Shown: piece after piece, positions 20,427-30,472 of the stretch
Layout of the letters: each line of letters opens with the position of its first letter
Position numbering within the stretch: position 1 is the first letter of the stretch
Assembly: GCA_965263355.1 (NCBI GenBank)
Contig: CBDHHL010000032.1
Coordinates: forward strand, 2,336,001-2,400,000
Direction of reading: 5' to 3'
Source: Leptolyngbyaceae cyanobacterium
GTDB lineage: Bacteria; Cyanobacteriota; Cyanobacteriia; Phormidesmidales; Phormidesmidaceae
DNA length: 64,000 nucleotides
Program-made: the position numbers and the translations under genes
Notes under the pieces: generated by a model
What the model was told of the DNA's origin: nothing
Database searches by the model: none
Seen by the model: the letters and a program-made list of their open reading frames with translations, nothing else

Positions 20427-20771
20427 ATGGCTATTTTGGAAGCGTTTGTTTTTGCCACTGTTATCGGTGGTTTTTTCGGTATCTTGCTCAAAAAGAACAT
20501 CATGATGAAAATCATCTCCATGGATGTGATGAGCACGGGGGTGATTGCTTACTACGTGCTGGTGGCCGCTCGAGGTGGGGTGTTTACGCCCATTGATGAT
20601 GGGACCTCTGCCCAGGGTGCCTATGCTGATCCGGTACCCCAGGCAGTGATTTTAACCGCGATTGTGATTGGGTTATCTTTGCAGGCGCTGATGTTGGTGG
20701 GGGTGATGAAGATCTCCCGCGACGTTCCCACCCTGGACATTGATGACATTGAGACGGAGTACACACCCTGA
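20427..20771 (+). CDS. mrpC: Mrp/Mnh antiporter subunit C
   Basis: ADPVPQAVILTAIVIG. Confidence 0.9.
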   Translation: MAILEAFVFATVIGGFFGILLKKNIMMKIISMDVMSTGVIAYYVLVAARGGVFTPIDDGTSAQGAYADPVPQAVILTAIVIGLSLQALMLVGVMKISRDVPTLDIDDIETEYTP

Positions 20772-20773
20772 CC

Positions 20774-22198
20774 ATGACCATTGCCTGGATTGCCCTTCCC
20801 CTCTTTATTGGATTTAGTAGTTATCTGTTGCCAAAGGTGGCGCGCTACCTGGCCCTGGTAGTACCGCTGCTGTCAGTAGCCTACGGCCTCTGGCATATAG
20901 TAATGCCTGAACCGGAGACTTTAAAGCTGTTAGACAGTTTTGGGGTCACCCTGGTGGTGGATTCCCTAAGTGGTTTTTTTATTCTCACCAATGGGCTGGT
21001 GACTGCTGCGGTGGTGCTTTACTGTTGGGCACAGGGGAAATCGGCATTCTTTTATGCCCAGGCAATTATTCTGCACGGCAGTGTCAATTCGGCGTTTATC
21101 TGCGCTGACTTTATTAGCCTGTATGTGGCGTTAGAAGTGATTAGTATCGCCACATTTTTGTTGGTGTCTTATACACGCAGCAACAAATCCATATGGGTGG
21201 GACTGCGCTATTTGTTTGTCAGCAATACGGCCATGTTGTTCTATTTGATTGGGGCCTTGCTGGTATATCAGGCGAATCAGTCCTTTGCCTATGAGGGGTT
21301 GGGGCAGGGACCGCCGGAGGCAATTGCTCTGATCTTTTTAGGACTGCTGACCAAGGGAGGGATTTTTGTTTCTGGTTTATGGCTGCCCCTTACCCATTCC
21401 GAGTCGGAAACGCCCGTGTCGGCCATGCTCTCTGGATCGGTTATCAAGGCGGGGGTGTTTCCCCTGGTGCGCTGTGCCCTGATGTTGGAGTCGATTGACC
21501 CGATTGTGCGGCTGTTTGGGGTGGGTACGGCCCTGCTGGGGGTGGGCTATGCCATGGTAGAAAAAGACACTAAACGGATGTTGGCCTTCCATACGGTGTC
21601 CCAGTTGGGGTTTGTGCTGGCCGCCCCAGCCGTAGGAGGATTTTACGCCCTCACCCATGGACTGGTGAAGTCGGCTCTCTTTTTGATTGCTGGCAACTTA
21701 CCCAGCCGTAAGTTTAAAGAGCTAAAACAAACCGCCATCGCCACTCCCGTTTGGGTTGCGCTGGTGTTGGCGAGCTTTTCGATTTCTGGCTTTCCACTCC
21801 TATCTGGGTTTGGGGCGAAGGTGCTGACCATGAAGACGCTGTTGCCCTGGCAGGTAATTGCAATGAATCTGGCGGCCTTGGGGACGGCAATCTCCTTTGC
21901 TAAGTTTATCTTTTTACCCCATGAATCGCAGCCAGAGAGTTCTCTAAAACCAGGGTTTTGGCTGGCCATGGGAGTACTGTTAGGGGGGCTAGTTGTTGCC
22001 AATATTGGGTACTACGATGCCTACACCTGGAGCAACGTGGTAAAACCCCTGGCTACCATCGGCGCGGGCTGGTTGGCCTATTTAGTAATTGTGCAGCGGG
22101 CTGCCTTTAAGCTTCCCCGCCTGTTGGAGCAGTTTGAACATCTGATTGGGGTGATGACCCTGGTACTGATGACGCTTTTTTGGATGGCACTGGCATGA
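20774..22198 (+). CDS. mrpD: Mrp/Mnh antiporter subunit D
   Basis: Proton-antiporter fold: LYVALEV, LWLPLTH, KRMLAFHTVSQLG, HGLVKSALF. Confidence 0.9.
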   Translation: MTIAWIALPLFIGFSSYLLPKVARYLALVVPLLSVAYGLWHIVMPEPETLKLLDSFGVTLVVDSLSGFFILTNGLVTAAVVLYCWAQGKSAFFYAQAIILHGSVNSAFICADFISLYVALEVISIATFLLVSYTRSNKSIWVGLRYLFVSNTAMLFYLIGALLVYQANQSFAYEGLGQGPPEAIALIFLGLLTKGGIFVSGLWLPLTHSESETPVSAMLSGSVIKAGVFPLVRCALMLESIDPIVRLFGVGTALLGVGYAMVEKDTKRMLAFHTVSQLGFVLAAPAVGGFYALTHGLVKSALFLIAGNLPSRKFKELKQTAIATPVWVALVLASFSISGFPLLSGFGAKVLTMKTLLPWQVIAMNLAALGTAISFAKFIFLPHESQPESSLKPGFWLAMGVLLGGLVVANIGYYDAYTWSNVVKPLATIGAGWLAYLVIVQRAAFKLPRLLEQFEHLIGVMTLVLMTLFWMALA

Positions 22199-22587
22199 TT
22201 GGACTGTTAGAAATCTTTCTACGTTTGGGTATCTGGTTTTTGTTGACGGCGGATTTTGGGGTCGTTAACGTGCTGATTGGTGTTGCGATCGCACTGCTGC
22301 TCCCCCGCTCGACGGTGGTGTCCAATAGCTTGCGAGACTGGTTGCGGGCAGTGAGGGAAGTGATCATAGCGATTCCCCAGGCCTTTGTAGAAGCGATTGA
22401 AATTATGGTGCGTCCCCACCGCTATGAGTCTCACACCATGGAGCGAATCAAGGGGAAACGGTCGCCGGGGCTGATCTTTTTGGATGTGTTTCTGATTACC
22501 TTTACCCCCAAAACCATTGTCGTTAAGTACCACGGGGATGGTCAGTATGAAGTTCATCGGATTCAGCGTCGGAGGAAACAGTCATGA
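22195..22587 (+). CDS. mrpE: Mrp/Mnh antiporter subunit E
   Basis: LITFTPKTIVV motif; overlapping stop/start in the operon. Confidence 0.85.
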   Translation: MIGLLEIFLRLGIWFLLTADFGVVNVLIGVAIALLLPRSTVVSNSLRDWLRAVREVIIAIPQAFVEAIEIMVRPHRYESHTMERIKGKRSPGLIFLDVFLITFTPKTIVVKYHGDGQYEVHRIQRRRKQS

Positions 22588-22838
22588 ATGGCAGCATAAT
22601 GTGGCCCATGCTTGGGGTGTTGTTGATTCCCATCTATGAAGCCTGGCGAGACAATGACATCTGGCAAAAAATGTTGGCTTTTGCCAGCATCGAAACTAAG
22701 GCCTCTATTTTGATTTTGGTGGTGTCAGTGCTGCGGGATGACTGGATGATTGGTGTTGTTGGAGTACTGATTCTCAGTATTGGCAATGCCTCCTTAATGT
22801 TGTTGGCCCATATTATCAAACGGACAAACCAGGTATGA
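22584..22838 (+). CDS. mrpF: Mrp subunit F-like membrane protein
   Basis: Three-TM small protein between mrpE and mrpG. Confidence 0.7.
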   Translation: MNGSIMWPMLGVLLIPIYEAWRDNDIWQKMLAFASIETKASILILVVSVLRDDWMIGVVGVLILSIGNASLMLLAHIIKRTNQV

Positions 22839-23128
22839 ATTTAGTCACCATCGCTAGCTATATCTGTATGGGCATGGGCATTGTGTTTTGGGTTTGGGGT
22901 ACCTGGCCCTTGCTGGGCAACCGTTCTGTATTATTTAAGCTACATAGTTTGTCGGTAGCGGACACCCTGGGTTCCATGCTGATTGTGGTGGGGCTGTTGC
23001 TCAGAATTCCACGGGAATGGCCATTACTCGTATTGGCCCTGATCTCGTTAGCGATTTGGAATACGGTGCTGGGCTATGTGCTGGCCTATTGTTCACGGGG
23101 AAGACAAGTACAGGGAGGCAGACGATGA
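22835..23128 (+). CDS. mrpG: Mrp/Mnh antiporter subunit G
   Basis: KLHSLSVADTLG motif. Confidence 0.85.
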   Translation: MNLVTIASYICMGMGIVFWVWGTWPLLGNRSVLFKLHSLSVADTLGSMLIVVGLLLRIPREWPLLVLALISLAIWNTVLGYVLAYCSRGRQVQGGRR

Positions 23129-23727
23129 TACAAGATGGATATACAGTAGCGATAACGGCGCTGTTACCCCTTACCGCTGCTATGGTAATCACCCAAAAAA
23201 ATCCTTACCATGCCCTGGTAATGCGGGGTATTTTAGGGGCTGTGGCGGCGTTGGTCTACGCTCTTTTTGGGGCGGCGGATGTGGCTCTGACTGAGGCGCT
23301 GGTGGGGACGATGCTATCGATTACGTTGTATGCGATCGCAGTCCGCTCATCCATGACAGTGCGATTGGGGGTGCTAGACGATGACAATCATAACCAGAGT
23401 CCTAACGGGCAGGAGCATTACAAAAACCTGTTAATTGACCTACAAAAATCCCTGCACATCCATAACCTGCGTCTTGAACAAGTGTCCTATTCTTCAGTGG
23501 CAGACCTGCAGGACGCTTTGCACCTAAAAGCTGTCCATGGTATCTGCACCCTGGTACCTGGAAGCGATACGTATCGGCTACACCTCCGAGTGCCGAAGCT
23601 ATATCAACTATTGCAAACGTATCTGTCTGTAGAGGGAGTAACGCTGTCCCTTGTTGCCCAAAAGACCGCAGAGCCTACCCCACTTCTCCTGACCGAGTCT
23701 CCCTATCCTAGTTCTTCCGAAGCGTAA
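23125..23727 (+). CDS. DUF4040-containing Mrp subunit
   Basis: GAADVALTEALVG motif. Confidence 0.8.
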   Translation: MIQDGYTVAITALLPLTAAMVITQKNPYHALVMRGILGAVAALVYALFGAADVALTEALVGTMLSITLYAIAVRSSMTVRLGVLDDDNHNQSPNGQEHYKNLLIDLQKSLHIHNLRLEQVSYSSVADLQDALHLKAVHGICTLVPGSDTYRLHLRVPKLYQLLQTYLSVEGVTLSLVAQKTAEPTPLLLTESPYPSSSEA

Positions 23728-23729
23728 CC

Positions 23730-24392
23730 ATGATCTGGATTTACATTATTGCCGGTGTAGCGTTGTACCTCAAGATGCTGGTATTTCCTAATCCAGCCAT
23801 GGAACTGATCGATCTCTCTATTGTGGAAGCTGTAGTACAGGATAGCGGAGTTCCCAACGCAGTCTCGGGTATCATTTTTCGCAATCGCCTGTACGACACC
23901 ATTTTTGAAGTAGTGGTCTTCACCCTATCGATTATGGGGGTGAGATACTTGCTGGCGGATGAACAGGCCGTATCCACCGTACGTAAATTTACCGACCAAC
24001 CCTCCATTGTGTTGGCTCGCCTGGGTGCCACGATCGCTGCCCTGATTAGCATCGAGCTAGCTCTCCGGGGACACCTGAGCCCTGGTGGTGGCTTTGCAGC
24101 AGGGGTGGCGGGGGGCACGGCCATCGGTCTGGTGGCCATCACTGCCTCATCCCAATGGATGGAAGACATTTACCGACAATGGCGTGCGGCCACTATAGAA
24201 AAAGTCTCAGTGCTGATTTTTATCGTGTTGTCAGTTCTCGCCTTGATTGGTCTGGAGCTGCCCCAGGGAGACCTTGGCATGCTCCTCAGCGGGGGATGGA
24301 TTCCGTTTCTAAACATTTTAGTGACCATTAAAGTCGCCCTTGGCGCCTGGGCCGCGATTCTTATGTTTATTCGGTATCGGGGATTACTGTAG
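23730..24392 (+). CDS. mrpB: Mrp/Mnh antiporter subunit B
   Basis: NRLYDTIFEVVV and GHLSPGGGFAAG. Confidence 0.88.
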   Translation: MIWIYIIAGVALYLKMLVFPNPAMELIDLSIVEAVVQDSGVPNAVSGIIFRNRLYDTIFEVVVFTLSIMGVRYLLADEQAVSTVRKFTDQPSIVLARLGATIAALISIELALRGHLSPGGGFAAGVAGGTAIGLVAITASSQWMEDIYRQWRAATIEKVSVLIFIVLSVLALIGLELPQGDLGMLLSGGWIPFLNILVTIKVALGAWAAILMFIRYRGLL

Positions 24393-25053
24393 TGAGTGAT
24401 TTCCTTGGTTGCTGGCATTGACATTGTATCCAAAGTGTTATTTGAGCCAGATTATCTCAAATCAATCATAAGCATAAGTTTTGTTGCCGCCGCTTTCATT
24501 GATAAAAAACAGTTTCTTACGTTAGAATTTGTTTAGCAAGATTAATTCAAGTATCTGTCATCGCTTATGAGACAGTGTTTTTGATATGTAGGACGGCCTA
24601 GTCTGTAAAGCAGTCTGTTTATTAACACTTTACAGAGGTCAATAGCATCAAAAATTGACTGCCTTTTGCTGTAGCAGATATTGGTTTTCTCTTGACATAT
24701 TCATCATATACTCACTCCTTCTAAACCTAATTCGAAATAGGTTAATGGATTTGAGCTTGTCAGGTACGTGATGAATAGTGAATTTTAGTAATTGGACAAA
24801 ATGAGGAGGCAACAGAATGTTTAGTGCTTTTCTAGGTATCATTATTTTAGGCTGGATTTCAACTGTTATAGCTAGTTCTCAGTCCTACTCTTCTGACAAT
24901 TAGTTTTACACCATACCCCTAATAAATTCTGGCCATAGTTCGGAATACGAGGTATAGAAGTCAGAATACTCTCCCCTTCTGACTTTCGTACCGTTAGGGG
25001 AATGAAGGTATTGCGATCAACTTTGTTAGTCCCCTTGGGATAGGTGCCCGACT

Positions 25054-26190
25054 TCAGCGGCCCGATAAACGCATGATATAGTCGTCAAACTCTTTTATAT
25101 ACACTTCCAATGGTGCATGCAATAACCCTGCTTTATCCGACCCAAAATTTGCCCCTGCTTGCATCCGTTCAACCATCTCTTTGTCCTCAGTGGTCGCTAT
25201 TTCAATCACATTGACTACCTCTTCAACAAACTTCTCAGCATCAGGCATTGCATCCATCGCGTGATGGGAGAAAGAAAGTCCCCAACGAGCATTCGTTTGG
25301 TTAACAGATTTGGGTTCAAGGGCCATCCACCACACAAAATTTGGATCAATCGCAATTAAACCATTGGGAAAAACACCTACTACATAAAACCGTCTAAACT
25401 CATCCTTATCTAACTGCGGATTATAAATATCTGGCTGATGTTCAACGGTGTAAGAATTACTGTGAATTGTAAAATTTGGATCGCCCATTGGGGGACCATA
25501 TTCAACTGCTTTGGTCGGGTTTGTTGGCCCGATAGACTTTGTATGGGTGTAGGTCGTGTGATAGCTCTCAATAAAATTATGATAGATCAGCTTCCAATTG
25601 GCATTCCATAGCTCTTCATGCACCACATGCCGATCTTCATAACGATCCAGCTCAAAATTCTTTAGGATTAGGCCAAGATTTTGTAACCGCTCAGACACTG
25701 GCTGTAGATCTTTTTGTAGGGAAACAAAAATATAACCAAGATACTCATCCGTAGCCAGGGTTTCCAGTGCAAGTCCCTCAATATCTTCGGTGCAAAATCC
25801 CTCCCGCTCAGGCACACCAATCAACTCACCATCTAATTTATAAACCCAACAATGGTAGGGACACACAATACTCTTGGTAGACCCACTGCCTTCTAACAGT
25901 TTGACGTAGCGATGCAGGCAATAGTTTGCCATCGTACGAATTGAACCATTCTGCTGTCGCATGACAATAATGGGCCGCTGTCCCAAAAATGCCGTCATAT
26001 AGTCACCAGGCTCGGGAATTGCGCCCGATCGACCGACCATGACCCAGTCATTGTCAAAAATGCTGGTCACTTCATGGTGAAAAATGTCAGAGTCCGTAAA
26101 CGTTTGTTGCTTACGGGCCAACATCCGGTTCGGAATGTTGGGAGCCAGGGGTTGATCTAAGGTGTAATTGAACTGTTTAGAGTGGCTCAT
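25054..26190 (-). CDS. Rieske non-heme iron oxygenase alpha subunit
   Basis: CLH...CPYH Rieske ligands; NFIESYHTTYTH mononuclear iron motif. Confidence 0.88.
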   Translation of the reverse strand: MSHSKQFNYTLDQPLAPNIPNRMLARKQQTFTDSDIFHHEVTSIFDNDWVMVGRSGAIPEPGDYMTAFLGQRPIIVMRQQNGSIRTMANYCLHRYVKLLEGSGSTKSIVCPYHCWVYKLDGELIGVPEREGFCTEDIEGLALETLATDEYLGYIFVSLQKDLQPVSERLQNLGLILKNFELDRYEDRHVVHEELWNANWKLIYHNFIESYHTTYTHTKSIGPTNPTKAVEYGPPMGDPNFTIHSNSYTVEHQPDIYNPQLDKDEFRRFYVVGVFPNGLIAIDPNFVWWMALEPKSVNQTNARWGLSFSHHAMDAMPDAEKFVEEVVNVIEIATTEDKEMVERMQAGANFGSDKAGLLHAPLEVYIKEFDDYIMRLSGR

Positions 26191-26385
26191 AATGGATCAT
26201 CTCTTTCGCAGCAGTATCTATCCGTATAGACTGGCTATGCTAATAACCGTTGGATACGCTTATGATGCATAAACTTCACTTCTATTACAGTGTTTATTGC
26301 AACGGAAGCGCGTCATAAAGTAAGTAGTATTGTGTCAAGCCTGGAATTTAGGGTAAGGCAGTGAATGGTGCATCGTTAATATTGT

Positions 26386-27753
26386 TTACTTCTTCATAAA
26401 CTTTGGCTTCCAGCCTTTAATGACTCGTCGTTCCCCACGGGTCACAATCAGACAGTCATCATCCACATCCTTGGTTACTATGGCACCTGCGCCCACTGTA
26501 ACACTCTCTCCCAAGGTGATTGGGGCCACTAAAACACTGTTTGAACCTGTTTTAGTGTGGTCTTTAATCACTGTCGGATGCTTGTTATAGCCATCATAGT
26601 TAGCTGTGATGGTACCGGCACCAATGTTGACCTTGTTGCCCAGGGTGGCATTGCCTAAATAGGACAGATGGGCCGCATTGGTTTTGTTGCCGATGGTAGT
26701 TTTTTTCACTTCAACAAAGTTCCCAATGCGACAGCCTTCGCCAATAATTACTTCGCCGCGCAAATGGGTGTAGGGTCCAATTTGGCCAGTGCCTTCAATC
26801 TTACTATCGTTGATGACAGAATATTTAATTGTGGTGTCTGCACCGATGGTGCTATCGGTAATCAGGGTACCTGGGCCAATGTGGCAACCGGCAGCAATGG
26901 TGGTGTTCCCGCGCAGATGCGTTTCTGGTTCAATGACTACGTCAGGCTCAATTTTTACGGTAGCGTCAATGGTAATGCTGTCTGGGTTAATCATGGTGAT
27001 CCCCGAGAGCATTAAGTCATCCTTAATGCGGCGCTGCAGAATAGTGGCTGCATCTGATAGCTGTTTTCGGTTATTGATGCCTGAAATCTCTTCGATGTCG
27101 TCTACATCAAGGGCCATGACCGGTGACAGGTCTTTGACCACATCGGTCAAGTAGTACTCATTCTGGTCGTTATCTGACTTCAGATGAGGTAACACTGTCA
27201 TCAGTTTTTGCCAGTTAAAGCAGTAAATGCCTGAGTTAATGCGCTTATTACTGCGTTGCTCAGGAGTACAATCGCGGTGCTCAATAATCTCAGAGACAAT
27301 ATAATTTTCGTCACAGAATACTCGGCCATAACCTGTGGGGTCATCAAACTGGGCCGTTAGAATCGTGGCGGCATTGTTATTTTCAATATGGGTCTGGACC
27401 ATTTTGGCGATGGTTTCGGGACGCAGTAGGGGCACATCACCATTGAGCACCAGCAGGTTACCCTCAAACTCTGTCAATGCTGGAATTACCTGCTGGACGG
27501 CATGACCGGTGCCTAGCTGTGCGGTTTGCTCAACAAATTCCAACTCGGTAACATGGGCCAGGGCAGCACGCACTTCATCAGCCAGATATCCTACAATCGC
27601 AATTTGTCGCTCAGGTTGCACCTGCCCTAAACTTGCTAATACATTTTCTACCAATGTCCGTCCCCCTAAGGGATGGAGTACCTTTGGTAGACGCGATCGC
27701 ATCCGGGTTCCCTTACCTGCTGCCAATACTGCCACGGCTAATGAATTAGTCAT
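26386..27753 (-). CDS. glmU: Bifunctional UDP-GlcNAc pyrophosphorylase/acetyltransferase
   Basis: LAAGKGTRM...[19 protein letters not shown], hexapeptide repeats, [11 protein letters not shown]. Confidence 0.96.
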   Translation of the reverse strand: MTNSLAVAVLAAGKGTRMRSRLPKVLHPLGGRTLVENVLASLGQVQPERQIAIVGYLADEVRAALAHVTELEFVEQTAQLGTGHAVQQVIPALTEFEGNLLVLNGDVPLLRPETIAKMVQTHIENNNAATILTAQFDDPTGYGRVFCDENYIVSEIIEHRDCTPEQRSNKRINSGIYCFNWQKLMTVLPHLKSDNDQNEYYLTDVVKDLSPVMALDVDDIEEISGINNRKQLSDAATILQRRIKDDLMLSGITMINPDSITIDATVKIEPDVVIEPETHLRGNTTIAAGCHIGPGTLITDSTIGADTTIKYSVINDSKIEGTGQIGPYTHLRGEVIIGEGCRIGNFVEVKKTTIGNKTNAAHLSYLGNATLGNKVNIGAGTITANYDGYNKHPTVIKDHTKTGSNSVLVAPITLGESVTVGAGAIVTKDVDDDCLIVTRGERRVIKGWKPKFMKK

Positions 27754-27843
27754 CGGAATTACGAGGGTAAAAATTAGTGTAAGAAAATGGAAAATTATGG
27801 GTGGAGTATACCGCGCAGCGGTTGGACTCCCCAAGTATGTTGG

Positions 27844-28749
27844 CTATTTAGAACTTCTATGTCCCGTTAACCAACGTCGTCGCCAGGCACCCGTTGGTTC
27901 CAGGTTAGATTGCTGTTGTTCCTGCTGGCGTGTAGCCACAATGGCCTCGGCAGTGGCGGTCCCTGTGGGGTCGCGATAGGGAATCGCCGCCCGCGTTTGC
28001 AGATGTTCAAGTTCTTGTTGTGACAGGGGGGGCAACGGTCGCTGGTCTTTGGTGGCGATGGTACAAGGCCAGTGGCGACCTACCCCTGGCAATGAGCCAA
28101 TGGTTAGCCCTGCTAACGCCATGGCTGATCGGACTGCGGCGGCACAGGAATAGGTGGCTAGAATGCCATCATCGGCTAAGCATTGAGCGGTGAGTTGAAA
28201 AAACTCCAAGGTCCAAAGTTGGGGACAGCGGGTAGGGGAAAAGGGATCAAACAGGATGGCATCGGCCTGCCAACCTTTGGTTACAAGGGGCTGAAGTGTT
28301 TGGCGGGCGTCGCCGATAATTAACTGGAGGTCCAGGGTGGAGCTTTTGTAGTGGTGCTCGGTGGCTAGCGCCTTAAGAATGGTTTGGGTAGCTGGAGTCC
28401 AATGGTGAATCAGGTTGTTTGCGATCGCACCCCGAACCACCGCTGCATTGATCTCCAACGCCCGAATCGTCACCTGACAGTCAGGATTGACCTGCTGGAT
28501 CGTATCCAGGGCAGCAGCCGTGTTGTAGCCTAACCCATAGCAAACATCTAATATAGACAGTCGTTCTGCCTTAGCCAACGCTGGAATATTCGCCGCATCC
28601 ACATAGTTGCGCTGGGCGTCAGTATAGGCCCCTGCGCGATTGTGAAACCACTCACCAAATTCCTCTGAATAGAACGTGGCCGAGCCATCTCCTGTGATTT
28701 CAAGGGTTAAACCAGCCGATAAAGCTTTAGAATCACCACCAACCATCAA
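27844..28749 (-). CDS. MnmC-N-like tRNA methyltransferase domain protein
   Basis: T.DGS.TFYSEEFGEWFH, DVCYGLGYN, FDPFSP..CPQLW. Confidence 0.8.
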   Translation of the reverse strand: MMVGGDSKALSAGLTLEITGDGSATFYSEEFGEWFHNRAGAYTDAQRNYVDAANIPALAKAERLSILDVCYGLGYNTAAALDTIQQVNPDCQVTIRALEINAAVVRGAIANNLIHHWTPATQTILKALATEHHYKSSTLDLQLIIGDARQTLQPLVTKGWQADAILFDPFSPTRCPQLWTLEFFQLTAQCLADDGILATYSCAAAVRSAMALAGLTIGSLPGVGRHWPCTIATKDQRPLPPLSQQELEHLQTRAAIPYRDPTGTATAEAIVATRQQEQQQSNLEPTGAWRRRWLTGHRSSK

Positions 28750-28820
28750 TTACTAATTAGCCACTATCCACGACGCCCCCAGAATTATAATGAACACCGT
28801 CTTTATCCTGCATTAGAGCC

Positions 28821-29669
28821 TTGTCTGCATCGCTAGATTCACCGATCGATCTGACTAATATCCATATCGTTAGCCCCCCATGGTTAGCTGAGCATCTCGA
28901 CCGGGGCGTAATCGTGATTGATTGCCGATTTTCGTTGCCAGAGCCTGACCTGGGACAGCGGCAGTATGATGCCGGTCATATTCCCGGTGCCTATTATCTG
29001 GACCTTAACCGCCATCTTTCCAATGCTGTACAACCCCATGGCGGGCGTCATCCGCTACCTGACTGGTCTAAATTTGTCGATAATTTAAATGTATTAGGCA
29101 TTCAATCTACGCCCCAAACACCTGTTGTTATTTATGATGCCTCCCGTTTTGCGTTTGCTGCCCGTCTCTGGTGGATGTTGCGCTATTTGGGCCACAAAAA
29201 TATTGCTCTGTTAGATGGAGGCATTAATGCTTGGGTTGAGGCGGGATTACCTCTCAGTAGTGAAATGCCACAGCCTCAGGTGGGGCATTTTGTGCCACAG
29301 CCCCAAGCAAACTGGATTGTGGATATTGACTATGTTCGTCAGCACAAAGATCAACTTGGCACAATGGTGATTGATTCACGATCTGCCGATCGATTTCGGG
29401 GTGAACGGGAACCGATTGATCCGATTGCTGGCTCTGTTCCTGGCGCAGTGAACTACTTTTGGAAAGACGTCAGTACTGAAACGGGGCTACTAAAATCTCC
29501 TGAGATTCTCGCGGCTCATTGGCGGGCAGTAAATGATGCGGATGATGTCATTGTTTACTGTGGGTCTGGGGTAACGGCCTGTGTAAATCTCTTTTCGCAG
29601 GTGGTGGCGGGTAAACCCATGGGAAAGCTTTACCCTGGTGGCTGGAGCGATTGGTGTTCGTATTTGTGA
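28821..29669 (+). CDS. Tandem-rhodanese sulfurtransferase
   Basis: GHIPGA, GRHPLP, YCGSGVTAC, YPGGWSDW. Confidence 0.9.
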   Translation: MSASLDSPIDLTNIHIVSPPWLAEHLDRGVIVIDCRFSLPEPDLGQRQYDAGHIPGAYYLDLNRHLSNAVQPHGGRHPLPDWSKFVDNLNVLGIQSTPQTPVVIYDASRFAFAARLWWMLRYLGHKNIALLDGGINAWVEAGLPLSSEMPQPQVGHFVPQPQANWIVDIDYVRQHKDQLGTMVIDSRSADRFRGEREPIDPIAGSVPGAVNYFWKDVSTETGLLKSPEILAAHWRAVNDADDVIVYCGSGVTACVNLFSQVVAGKPMGKLYPGGWSDWCSYL

Positions 29670-29672
29670 TTT

Positions 29673-30215
29673 ATGTCTATCCGCATTTATGGTAATCGCG
29701 CCATTAAGACCTTACCAGGAGAGGCGACACGACCGACACCAGCCAAGGTGAGAGAAGCTCTCTTTAATATCTGGCAGGGACGGGTGCAGGGCTGTCGTTG
29801 GTTGGATCTCTGTGCTGGGAGCGGTGCCATGGGGGCAGAAGCGTTGTGTCGAGGGGCAAGCACAGTAGTTGGCATTGAACAATCGGGGCCTGCCTGTCGC
29901 ATTGTGCAAATCAACTGGCAAACGGTTGCTCGACCAGAACAATCGTTTCAGGTGATTCGGGGAGATGTGACTAAAAAGTTACGGAATCTATCATTGGAAC
30001 CGTTTGAGCTGGTATATTTTGATCCGCCCTATGCTGGGGGGCTGTATGGGCCGGTTTTAGAGACGTTGGTGCAAAACTCTTTGCTGGTGGCAGGGGGTGC
30101 GATCGCAGCAGAGTTCACCCCGGAACATTGGTTACCGAAGTCGATAGATGGACTAGAGCTACAACGAATAAAGCGCTACGGATTAACTCATCTGGCGTTC
30201 TTTAAAGTGGCCTGA
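29673..30215 (+). CDS. rsmD: 16S rRNA m2G966 methyltransferase
   Basis: TRPT..KVREALFN, DLCAGSG, FDPPY. Confidence 0.9.
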   Translation: MSIRIYGNRAIKTLPGEATRPTPAKVREALFNIWQGRVQGCRWLDLCAGSGAMGAEALCRGASTVVGIEQSGPACRIVQINWQTVARPEQSFQVIRGDVTKKLRNLSLEPFELVYFDPPYAGGLYGPVLETLVQNSLLVAGGAIAAEFTPEHWLPKSIDGLELQRIKRYGLTHLAFFKVA

Positions 30216-30267
30216 TAAGGTCGCTACGGATTAACTCATCTGGCGTTCTTTAAAGTGGCCTGATAAG
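30174..30267 (+). repeat. Exact 46-bp tandem duplication of the rsmD 3' end
   Basis: cgctacggattaactcatctggcgttctttaaagtggcctgataag at 30174-30219 and 30222-30267. Confidence 0.9.
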
Positions 30268-30420
30268 AATACCCTCGTTCTTGGTTTTCTCGGCTTTAGG
30301 CAGCGTTAAAGATAGAATACCATCGCTGTAGTCAGCAGCAACATTTTGATGATTGATTCTCCCCAGTAGGGTGAGCATACGGCTAAATGACCCATGGCGG
30401 AACTCGCTATCAATCACTAG
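30268..30420 (-). pseudogene. Hsp20 small heat-shock protein C-terminal fragment
   Basis: SEFRHGSFSR...V.ADYSDGILSLTLPKAE; N-terminus absent. Confidence 0.7.
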
Positions 30421-30472
30421 CCTAGATGATTCACTCGGCTGCCAAACTGGGGGAATCATCAACACGCACGTA

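Noticed and set aside
24433..25050. AT-rich stretch with a 64-aa ORF
   Set aside because: No recognisable family or structure; possibly a decayed gene but unsupported
30174..30267. Mini-CRISPR or attL/attR pair
   Set aside because: Only two copies 2 nt apart, the unit is rsmD coding sequence, and there is no integrase nearby
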